From a virus, in the IMG/VR virus record IMGVR_UViG_3300033273_000513, positions 23,836-87,835 of that record: a stretch of DNA of 64,000 nucleotides, one strand, 5' to 3'. The notes below the pieces were generated by a model that saw only the letters and a program-made list of their open reading frames with translations, had not been told where the DNA came from and searched no databases. The translations under genes and the position numbers were made by a program. Shown one piece after another: positions 11,601 to 18,442 of this stretch (positions are counted from its first letter, which is position 1; each line of letters opens with the position of its first letter).

Positions 11601-12344
11601 GATGCAATCGTCGCAACCGCAAGTGGTTCAGTCGGACTGTACTTCGACGGTTCTGAGAAACTGACCACTGCAAATACTGGTGCGGTTGTCACTGGTATTC
11701 TGACAGCCACTACATTCAGTGGTAATCTGACAGGAACCGCAGTAACTGCAACGACTGCAATTGTTGGTTCCGCAGTAACAATCGGTGAGTCTGGAGTAAA
11801 TGTAACTGGTGTTGTCACTGCTACGAGTTTCGTTGGTGATGGTTCAGCACTGACTGGTATCTCTGGTGTATCAACCGCAGATGTTAGAACCAGCACACTG
11901 AATGTCGTCGGTGTTTCTACACTTGGTATTGCATCGATCTCTGCATCGGGTATCGTCACCACCACAGATTCCGTTGGTATTCTTACATATCACGGTGATG
12001 TTTCTAATGCTGCACATCAGAGATGGTATCTGGGTGCAAATGGATCTAGTGATTATACATTCGTTGGTAGTGGTATGACATTCACCAGACATGATCCAAC
12101 CTTGTTTGTTGCGAGAGGAAGTGTTGTTGAGTTCGTTAATAACATGGGCGCACATCCATTCCAGATTCAACTTGAGTATCAGAACACTGGTGGCACTGCA
12201 TACAATGATGGTGTTACAAACAATGGCGCGAGTGCTGGAACGGTCAGATTTGAAGTTCCACATGATGCACCAAACACTCTTTATTATCAGTGTACTTCAC
12301 ACTCTGGAATGGCTGGAACGATCACAGTTTACCCAACAGTTTGA
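5694..12344 (+). CDS. Very large virion structural/tail fibre protein with C-terminal cupredoxin-like domain
   Basis: 2216 aa; MPLSRLENFLKN start typical of cyanomyovirus fibres; repeated VTATSFVGDGS motifs; C-terminal HPFQI...YYQCTSHSGMAG. Confidence 0.8.
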   Translation: MPLSRLENFLKNIQGNVIYVDPNELDATDSIENQGNSQTRPFKTIQRALIEAARFSYVAGQRNDKFDQTTIILAAGTHVVDNRPGYIPYDSSNQAKYYTRFGQANQTLSPFGLGSNFDLTSPDNELYKLNSVRGGVIIPRGTSIVGKDLRKTKIRPKYVPDPENNAIETSAIFRLTGACYISQFTIFDGDPSGNVYKDYTSNLYTPNFSHHRLTCFEYVDGANAVTINDSFLNISSTSTDLDMYYQKVGDVYDVGTGRPIEPDFPSGSLDFQTRVEEYRIVGSKGQQVGISSIKAGTGAVSSTTITVDLDGSLTDLSIDTPVRISGVGTAGYNGIHVVSEVVSSTQFKYVVPSAPNNPLPTLTSADVNIEIDTINSASPYLFNLSKRSVFGMNGIHLDGSKVTGFKSGLLAQFTGNALQKDDKAFVRYNTTSGQYEDYTAVDNLHLDPEAIYRPEYKSSHVKVSNDSIMQAVSVFAIGHNNQYVAESGGELSLANCNANFGENALMSEGFKKTAFGPDNAAYITHIIPPKEITDDETNVDYLSIDVDKTIDVGTNTRLYFEGYTNQDAPPPHILDGFRVGSNFNDRLRVQLNINGNEGDFVSKIVMPTATGITTDTGAKSYVVGNAVGVSSISSNLLTLKSNHKLIDGESIRITADNGFLPDGLEENQIYYAIVSSLDANTIKVARTLNDALDGTALTINNTGGELSVVSRVSDKKSGDIGHPVQFDTTNKNWYINVSNITVDNEIYPTLVGVGTTALGPNTPKTYFTRKGNSRNLDDSIYRVRYVIPAGITTARPPIEGYVLQETSDTTGANDSEITTTSLTNIDDQRNFHFLSEASWSSNVATIMSEEPHHLTVGSVVNVNKITSSNNTTGVGNSGFNGRFAVTGITSDRGFQYALTSNPGTSTLSNQTRTVDDLPNFEKNEYSKSFYIYNVEEVKEHITGEQDGVYHLTCLHYDASPTVTPFTGFKFSQPVKDLYPQVDRDNPVSDPIAALSHAESKPIGKVVSSDVRDSITKDFANKFLLENGVSVGITSIVSDNGAGLAHTAYLTVEHQLNSIVSVGIASSGIGYGSGSATTLYGAKLIGVGIGSTSGGGALANITVDAVGGITGVTIINGGGAYGIGNSLEVVGVTTAAGHIVGMVTVTNVYNGIGEVIQIAGIRSDTNSKLNDTFRVTATPDARSVSFASTDVIDFGRSLGGGSNNIVVGSAMSNATMSFIGPSIGVTAISYDVTTGIATVGTGNTAHGFLTGSKIKLIGAGQTTYKGTFTVQENVGLSTFTVNLGVSTVTAPTLSGEVFALPGGYSSNDGAITEDDEKVGSRMNSMYAGITTTMSAGITSTSSSISITNATASGLNIGDYIMVGNEMMRIKNTSINSVFRGVFGTESINHPSGTVIKKVRVVPVELRRGSLIRAANQTFEYVGFGQGNYSVSLPEKQTKVLSTEDRKLGQTQRRNGGQNYYTGLNDVGEYFVGNKVIKGTTGEEEVFDAPIPTVTGETAVDTTYIDSLKVSGGTDGDALSKFDGPTLFTNKVTSTSEEGIEANSIQLQGDAKSARKITVGISTPVVGGSAGDITFSAKPSQGGYAGWVYTSDNVWRRFGLVSNDVNSNNYSVDKLGIGTTSANTVLDVLGDVNVSGTLTATTFGNINTGIITATSFVGDGSQITGVIGIGSGFVIQNNGTTLGMAATVNFNSNLTAEYSTGIATISSPDTNYWSNTNAGINTTASVGIGTTNPTTALTVSGIVSATTFAGNITGTGATFTTSTITTATVGSAVTITESGINAAAGVVTATSFVGDLTGNADTATTATTAGYASTAGIATVAQGLTGTPAIAVGILTSTEARIGSAVTISESGISIHSGIVTATSFVGDGSALTGIGNTADVRTSTLTVIGVSTIGAGATFTIGAGAGNGIEFLNGSSSKIRLSTDDGATSPRLFLGAVSSNTGAKLQVNASTGALNIDADNNINIRTATNEDAIVATASGSVGLYFDGSEKLTTANTGAVVTGILTATTFSGNLTGTAVTATTAIVGSAVTIGESGVNVTGVVTATSFVGDGSALTGISGVSTADVRTSTLNVVGVSTLGIASISASGIVTTTDSVGILTYHGDVSNAAHQRWYLGANGSSDYTFVGSGMTFTRHDPTLFVARGSVVEFVNNMGAHPFQIQLEYQNTGGTAYNDGVTNNGASAGTVRFEVPHDAPNTLYYQCTSHSGMAGTITVYPTV

Positions 12345-12348
12345 TCTG

Positions 12349-12386
12349 ATAAATAATAAAAAATAAAGGGTGGAGAGTGAAACCCG
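12349..12386 (+). promoter_or_regulatory. Late promoter plus conserved leader hairpin GGGT-GGAGAGTGAA-ACCC
   Basis: ATAAATA 12349-12355; hairpin 12368-12385 directly before ATG 12387. Confidence 0.7.
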
Positions 12387-13625
12387 ATGGCAGTAAACAA
12401 GAACTTTGTTGTCAAAAACGGATTAGAGGTTGACACTAATACGCTTTTTGTTGATCCCGCGAATAACAGAGTTGCCATCGGGACGACAATCCCGACTGCA
12501 GCCTTAGATGTAAGAGGTAAAATCCTATCCGACAGTCAGGTTGAAAGTTGGGTAGGTAAATTCGTTGGTATCGTCACAGCAGGTGCTGTGGGTGTTACCA
12601 CGATGACTGCGACTGATGCAACAGTCACAGGATTCTCAACACTTGGACGTGCAAATGCTTCGTCTCTGAATGTCACCACTGGATTTTCTACAGTCCAATC
12701 ATTAACTGCAACTGACATCACTGTCGGTGCAGGTGTCACCATTAGTGGTGATATTAATGTCTCTGCGGCTGCAACGGTCGGTGGTGCATTAACAGTTACT
12801 GGTGCATCTAAATTTGCACTTGATGGAAGATTTGAAAAAGCATTAGAAATTGGTCAAGATCTAAATGTCGGTGCTGCTGCAACGATTACAGGCATCTCAA
12901 CATTTACAGGTGCCGCTAAGTTTGCAGAGTTTGTAAGATTTGAAAAGGACATCGCAGTCGGTTCTGCTGCAACAGTCGGTGTTCTGACCGTCACCAATAA
13001 CACTTACATTGGTGGTAATTTGAATGTTGGTGGTGACATCAACTTGGATGAATTGGTATCCCGTAACCTTGAAGTCACTGGTATTGCTACCATTGGTTTC
13101 CTAACTGCAACCAATTCGTTCACATCTGGTGTTGGTACGGTTGGATTTCTCACTGCAACAGACATCTTCGTATCTGGTGTAACGACAGTTACGCATTTGA
13201 ATTCCACTAACTCCACACTGAGTGGTATTACCACGATCAGTAATCTGAACGTGGATAATATGGAGTTAAGTGGCATTGGTACTGTCACTCAACTGAAAGC
13301 AACCACCGCAACAATCACTGGTATTATTACAACCAATAGTGGTGTTGAGGTTGGAACTGGTATTACTTTATCACCTGAAGGTAATATCTTCTCGACAGGT
13401 ATCACCACAACTTCGACCAAATTAAATGTTGGTCTTGGCGGCACTATGATGACTGTGGTTGCGGCTGGAAGTTCCGTGACTGCTGGTATCAACTCCACAA
13501 GTCCACAATATGTGTTAGATGTTCATGGCGACATAAATAGTTCTAGCGCAGTTAATGTCGCTGGCGTCAGCGTCCTGGTGACTGCATCCAACGATGCCAC
13601 CGCTCTTGCAATTGCTCTCGGATAA
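12387..13625 (+). CDS. Virion structural / fibre-like protein
   Basis: MAVNKNFVVKNGLEV start; T/G/V-rich beta repeats; ends ATALAIALG; late promoter. Confidence 0.75.
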   Translation: MAVNKNFVVKNGLEVDTNTLFVDPANNRVAIGTTIPTAALDVRGKILSDSQVESWVGKFVGIVTAGAVGVTTMTATDATVTGFSTLGRANASSLNVTTGFSTVQSLTATDITVGAGVTISGDINVSAAATVGGALTVTGASKFALDGRFEKALEIGQDLNVGAAATITGISTFTGAAKFAEFVRFEKDIAVGSAATVGVLTVTNNTYIGGNLNVGGDINLDELVSRNLEVTGIATIGFLTATNSFTSGVGTVGFLTATDIFVSGVTTVTHLNSTNSTLSGITTISNLNVDNMELSGIGTVTQLKATTATITGIITTNSGVEVGTGITLSPEGNIFSTGITTTSTKLNVGLGGTMMTVVAAGSSVTAGINSTSPQYVLDVHGDINSSSAVNVAGVSVLVTASNDATALAIALG

Positions 13626-13631
13626 TAAACA

Positions 13632-13964
13632 ATGGCAAACACTTTTAAACTAAAGACTAAAGCAAACATCGGAGTTACCACGGTTGGCATCTACACCGTT
13701 CCTTCTTCGACTACCACTGTGGTTATTGGTATTACTCTCGCGAACACATCTGGTTCGGGAGTAAATGTTGGTGTTGGTGTCACGAGACTCTCTGCAAGTG
13801 GAGAAAATATTGATCTTCTAAAAAATGCCCCTCTTCCACAAGGTTCTGCTTTGGAATTCATGCAGGGTAACAAAGTTGTTCTGCAAGCAGGAGACTGTGT
13901 AAGAGTCAACAGTGACACTAATACTAGTGTTGACGCAGCTCTCACAATCATGGAGATTACCTGA
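13632..13964 (+). CDS. Small virion structural protein
   Basis: 110-aa ORF (MANTFK...LTIMEIT), coupled to the next gene by a TGATG overlap. Confidence 0.75.
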   Translation: MANTFKLKTKANIGVTTVGIYTVPSSTTTVVIGITLANTSGSGVNVGVGVTRLSASGENIDLLKNAPLPQGSALEFMQGNKVVLQAGDCVRVNSDTNTSVDAALTIMEIT

Positions 13965-16129
13965 TGGCATTTACTAAAATTACGAACGCTGGTTTTGGTC
14001 TGACGACTGGAACCTTAGTTGGTGTAGCAGCGTCTTTTTCTAGTACTGTCTCGGTTGGTGGTACTCTGACCTATGAAGATGTAACGAACGTAGATTCGGT
14101 AGGTCTGATTACTGCGAGAAATGGTATTGAAGTTACAGATAAAGGTGTTCAGGTAGGAACTGGTGCGACTGTAGATAGTGCTGGCGATAATATTCTGACG
14201 TTCTTAACGAATGGTAGTGAGAGAGTTCGTGTAACTTCTGATGGTAGAGTTGGAATAAACACAGACATGGGTGGAGCTCCTGCATCACTCTACCCATTTT
14301 CCGTTTACAGATCAACTGGAACTGGTTATCTTTATACAGAAACTGCTCAATCTGGTGCGAGTGCTGGACTTAGAGCAAAAGCAGGAACAGCAGACTTTAC
14401 AATATTCACAACTCAAGGTACAGGTCAATTAGCAATATATGACAACACAAATACCGCAGAAAGACTTCGTATAGATTCAAGTGGTCGCTTGATGCTGGGC
14501 ACGACGACTGAGGGATATAGCAGCGGAGATGATTTAACGATTGCAACGTCAGGTCACACTGGAATAACGCTTCGTTCTGGAACAACAAGTGAAGGTGCTG
14601 TTTATTTCTCTGATGCGACAAGTGGTGGCGGTGAATATATAGGATCCTTGGTTTATAGCCACAACACAAATAATATGATCTTTACGGCCAATGGTGCCGA
14701 AAGGATGCGTATTGCCAGTGATGGTGATGTTGGTGTTGGTCTTGCAAGTCCTAACAGCAGGTTACACGTAAAAGGTGGGAGTGACTCAACTGATAATCTT
14801 CTTTTGACTTTACAGTCAAATGGAGTTGCAAATGATGGTTCTTTATCCACAGGACTTAGATTAATTAACTCTACTTCTGATTCTTCAATTCATGGTGGAG
14901 AAATTAGAGCAATTCGTAGTAGTGCCTCAGCAGCCGCTCTTACTTTTTCTACTTATAACGGAACATCAATTGCAGAAGCAGTTCGTATAGATTCAAGTGG
15001 TAATTTTGGCGTCGGAACAGCGAGCCCTGGGTACAAGATTGAGGTAACTCAAGGAAGTGGTAATAGTGTTGCCAGATTTACGGGTGCAAATTCTGCCAAC
15101 CTTGTTTTCAGAAACGCAACCAGCAATGTATTTGAATTAAATGCAGGCGGCAGCAATGACGAGCTTTCCTTTGGCACGGCTGGCAATAACGAACGGCTGC
15201 GCATTTCAGACACTGGAAAAGTTCAGGTTAGAGGCACTCGTGGTGGATCTTTGCAACCAAGTGACAACGATACGCTTGAGTTATATACATCAGCTAGTAA
15301 CGGCGCTGCCAATACAGGTTCTGGTCTGACTTTCTTTAACAACGACGGCAATGGTTATGAAATAGGCGGCACCATTCAAGTTGCCAAAGAGAATGGCTCA
15401 ATTAATAATACAGCTGGATATATGCGTTTCTCGACTAGAGCGAACGCCTCAGATCCAGCTGAGCGGATGCGGATTACGAGCGGTGGCGAAGTTTTAATAG
15501 CTCGGACAAGCGCAAGTATCAGCAATGTCGGTCATTATTTTCTTCCTGGAGGCGCTTTTAACCACACAAGAAGTGGCGATACTGTCGGGGTAATCAACAG
15601 ACTTGCAAGTGACGGCACATTGATCGGTTTTAGACAAGCCGATAGTCTTGAAGGCAGTATCAGTGTTTCTGGTTCTACTGTTTCTTACAACGGCGGTCAC
15701 TTAGCTCGTTGGTCGCAACTTCCCAGCGGTGCAGCACGCACCGAAATTTTGCGTGGCTCTGTACTAAGTAACCTTGACGAGATGTGTGAGTGGGGTGATG
15801 AGAATAATGAACAGTTGAACCGTATGAAGGTAAGTGATGTTGAAGGTGACATCAATGTATCAGGAGTATTCCAAGCTTGGGATGATGATGACGATACTTA
15901 CACTAATGACTTTTATTGCGCGATGACGGGTGACTTTGTGATCCGTATTGCTCAGGGAACAACAGTTGCACGAGGTGATTTACTGATGTCTGCTGGTGAT
16001 GGTACTGCTAAACCACAAGATGATGATATTGTAAGATCTAAAACTGTTGCTAAGGTGACTAGCACCACGGTTTCTGCTACTTACGTTGATGGAAGTTACT
16101 GTGTTCCTTGTGTACTGATGGCATGTTGA
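13964..16129 (+). CDS. Modular tail fibre/adhesin
   Basis: Shares TLTYEDVTNVDSVGLITAR and ERxRIDSSG modules with genes 165 and 2148; distinct acidic C-terminal domain. Confidence 0.8.
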   Translation: MAFTKITNAGFGLTTGTLVGVAASFSSTVSVGGTLTYEDVTNVDSVGLITARNGIEVTDKGVQVGTGATVDSAGDNILTFLTNGSERVRVTSDGRVGINTDMGGAPASLYPFSVYRSTGTGYLYTETAQSGASAGLRAKAGTADFTIFTTQGTGQLAIYDNTNTAERLRIDSSGRLMLGTTTEGYSSGDDLTIATSGHTGITLRSGTTSEGAVYFSDATSGGGEYIGSLVYSHNTNNMIFTANGAERMRIASDGDVGVGLASPNSRLHVKGGSDSTDNLLLTLQSNGVANDGSLSTGLRLINSTSDSSIHGGEIRAIRSSASAAALTFSTYNGTSIAEAVRIDSSGNFGVGTASPGYKIEVTQGSGNSVARFTGANSANLVFRNATSNVFELNAGGSNDELSFGTAGNNERLRISDTGKVQVRGTRGGSLQPSDNDTLELYTSASNGAANTGSGLTFFNNDGNGYEIGGTIQVAKENGSINNTAGYMRFSTRANASDPAERMRITSGGEVLIARTSASISNVGHYFLPGGAFNHTRSGDTVGVINRLASDGTLIGFRQADSLEGSISVSGSTVSYNGGHLARWSQLPSGAARTEILRGSVLSNLDEMCEWGDENNEQLNRMKVSDVEGDINVSGVFQAWDDDDDTYTNDFYCAMTGDFVIRIAQGTTVARGDLLMSAGDGTAKPQDDDIVRSKTVAKVTSTTVSATYVDGSYCVPCVLMAC

Positions 16130-16165
16130 TAAATAACTAGAAACATCGGGGGATAGTGAACCCAA
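16129..16165 (+). promoter_or_regulatory. Late promoter plus leader hairpin GGG-GGATAGTGAA-CCC
   Basis: ATAAATA 16129-16135; hairpin 16148-16163. Confidence 0.7.
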
Positions 16166-16843
16166 ATGCCATACATCGGTCGCGACCTAACGCAAGGTAA
16201 TTATATCAAGATTGATGACTTACAGTCATCTTTTAATGGTACGACTAAGACATTCAATCTGACCACTGGTGGTAATGCATTTACACCAGGATCAGCGAAT
16301 GCTTTGTTAGTATCTTTGGGTGGTGTTATTCAAGAACCAATCGAATCGTATACGGTCACAAATGACCAGATTACGTTCTCAAATCCACCCACAGCTTCTA
16401 CTTCTATCTTTATCATTGCACTCGGTGCTGCAGTCAGTATCGGTACACCTGCTGAAGGAACAGTTACTGCAACCAAGTTAGCAGATCCTTTTGGCACATA
16501 TTCTGGTGTCGGTGGATTCACGATGACAGGTATCATCAGTGCTACCGAGATTCGTGGTGATGGTAGATTCCTGACTGGTGTATCTGCTGGTAAGTTTGTC
16601 ACAGAAACCGCAGGCATCGTCACAAATACTTCTGTAGGTATCAATACATCTACAGTTGATGACAACGACCTCACAGGGATTGGCAACTCCTTCCAGGGTC
16701 TTTATATCTCTAATGGCATGGTTATCCATGACAATAGATTGAATGGTGCTCATTACATTGGCACTGCTTTCAATGGTCTTATGGCTGGGCCAGTCACTAT
16801 CGGTGGAACATTGACCATCGATGGCAACTATGTTGTGGTCTAA
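16166..16843 (+). CDS. Virion structural protein (fibre-associated)
   Basis: MPYIG start; FNGTTKTFNL / LLVSLGGVIQEP domain also present in gene 2148. Confidence 0.75.
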   Translation: MPYIGRDLTQGNYIKIDDLQSSFNGTTKTFNLTTGGNAFTPGSANALLVSLGGVIQEPIESYTVTNDQITFSNPPTASTSIFIIALGAAVSIGTPAEGTVTATKLADPFGTYSGVGGFTMTGIISATEIRGDGRFLTGVSAGKFVTETAGIVTNTSVGINTSTVDDNDLTGIGNSFQGLYISNGMVIHDNRLNGAHYIGTAFNGLMAGPVTIGGTLTIDGNYVVV

Positions 16844-16875
16844 ATATTTAAAACTAGGGGGAGAGTGAACCCGAG
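16840..16875 (+). promoter_or_regulatory. Late promoter variant (CTAAATA) plus leader hairpin GGG-GGAGAGTGAA-CCC
   Basis: CTAAATA 16840-16846; hairpin 16857-16872. Confidence 0.65.
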
Positions 16876-18051
16876 ATGACTATCATCAATCAGAAAAGTA
16901 TATCTGGTATTACAAGTATCACGTTTGCGTCAGCAGGCGATGACTTGTTAACGTTCCACAGTAATAATGGAACGGAAAGATTCCGTATTGATAATAGTGG
17001 CAACACTAAAATTACTGCTGGTATTGTTACAACACTGACTGTCACTGGCACTACCACATTAAATGGTAATTTAGACCTTCAAGATAATGATAAGATCTTG
17101 ATTGGTACAGGTGATGACTTAGAGATTTATCATGATGGTAGTCATTCATACATTGATGATTCTGGCACTGGAGATCTAAGAATTCGTTCAAATAACGTCA
17201 GATTTGATAAGTATACTGGTGAAACAATAGCACAGTTTATTGGAGATGGACGTGTTGAATTATATTATGACAACTCGAAGAAACTCGAAACCAAATCAGA
17301 CGGCGTAGACATCACTGGCGAGTTGCAATGCGACAGCTTGGATGTTGATGGTGCGGGAAATATTTCTGGAATTCTCAACCTAGGCAACAACCTGGATATG
17401 CCTGACAGTACCAAAGTTATCCTTGGCAATGGCGACGACCTGCAAATTTATCACGACGGCACGCACAGTTACATTAAAGACGGTGGAACAGGAAACTTAA
17501 AAGTTCTATCCTCAAGTATGGTAGTCAAAAATGCAGCTGATAGTGAAATCATGTTGCAGGCTACTCAAAATGGTTCTGTAGATCTTTATTACGATAACTC
17601 CAAGAAATTTGAAACATTAACCAATGGAGTCAGAGCACAAGGTGGTATCTTATTTGGGTCAGACACAGCTAATGCAAACGCTCTTGATGATTATGAAGAG
17701 GGCACTTGGACGCCTACTGTAACTTCTTCTGGTAGCGTTACAGGCGAAGACGCAAAATATACAAAGATTGGCAATTTAGTGCATGTTTACGGAAAACTAA
17801 GCAGTTTTACTAATAGATCATCTAGCAATACCATCGTGATAAGTGGCTTGCCTTATACAGCTTCAACTAATCAATCTGGTGGATCTATGTTCGCTCGATA
17901 CTCAGACAGAACTGCATACACAGTTTATGTTTACAGCAACAAGATAGAGTTTTATTCGATCGGCTCTGGTAATTTTACATCTTTGCAGCATTTACATCTT
18001 AATAATGATAACGCTGCAATATATTTCCAAGCCACTTATAACGTGGCTTAA
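16876..18051 (+). CDS. Tail fibre-like protein
   Basis: Internally duplicated DDL(E/Q)IYHDGxHSYI...LYYDNSKK unit; LDDYEEGTWTP motif common in phage fibre tips. Confidence 0.75.
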   Translation: MTIINQKSISGITSITFASAGDDLLTFHSNNGTERFRIDNSGNTKITAGIVTTLTVTGTTTLNGNLDLQDNDKILIGTGDDLEIYHDGSHSYIDDSGTGDLRIRSNNVRFDKYTGETIAQFIGDGRVELYYDNSKKLETKSDGVDITGELQCDSLDVDGAGNISGILNLGNNLDMPDSTKVILGNGDDLQIYHDGTHSYIKDGGTGNLKVLSSSMVVKNAADSEIMLQATQNGSVDLYYDNSKKFETLTNGVRAQGGILFGSDTANANALDDYEEGTWTPTVTSSGSVTGEDAKYTKIGNLVHVYGKLSSFTNRSSSNTIVISGLPYTASTNQSGGSMFARYSDRTAYTVYVYSNKIEFYSIGSGNFTSLQHLHLNNDNAAIYFQATYNVA

Positions 18052-18104
18052 GCCCGCAACATAAATAATACGCCTAAACCTGTTTAATTCGGAGGATTAT
18101 CCTA

Positions 18105-18407
18105 ATGGCACTTACTGAAAGAAACGAAAACGACAAGATTGAAGTCGTTGGTCAATACAAAGCAGTCCAAGTTCGTAGAGCAACTGTCATCGAAAAAGAT
18201 GGTGTAGAACTCACCCGTTCATTCCATCGTCATGTTCTTCATCCTGGCACACTGGATGAGAATGATGCTCTGGTAGACACTGACCTATCTGGAGAGGATG
18301 CTGATGTTCAAGCAATCTGCAATGCTGCATGGACTGATGCAGTTAAAGAATCATGGCGTGTAAAACTTGTGAATGATATGGTGGATGCAGGTATCGCTAC
18401 TGCCTGA
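18105..18407 (+). CDS. Small acidic protein, probable tail fibre assembly/accessory protein
   Basis: ATAAATA at 18061 and GGAGG RBS; follows a fibre gene. Function inferred from position. Confidence 0.7.
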   Translation: MALTERNENDKIEVVGQYKAVQVRRATVIEKDGVELTRSFHRHVLHPGTLDENDALVDTDLSGEDADVQAICNAAWTDAVKESWRVKLVNDMVDAGIATA

Positions 18408-18442
18408 TAAATAACTAAAACAAAGGGGGATAGTGAACCCAA
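18407..18442 (+). promoter_or_regulatory. Late promoter plus leader hairpin GGG-GGATAGTGAA-CCC
   Basis: ATAAATA 18407-18413; hairpin 18425-18440. Confidence 0.7.

Noticed and set aside
10326-11965. Long minus-strand ORFs (e.g. 10326-11255, 11525-11965; likewise 23402-24121, 26139-27167, 37192-37878, 48927-49589)
   Set aside because: These are antisense shadows of well-supported + strand genes, caused by codon bias; they have no RBS or promoter and no recognisable motifs.
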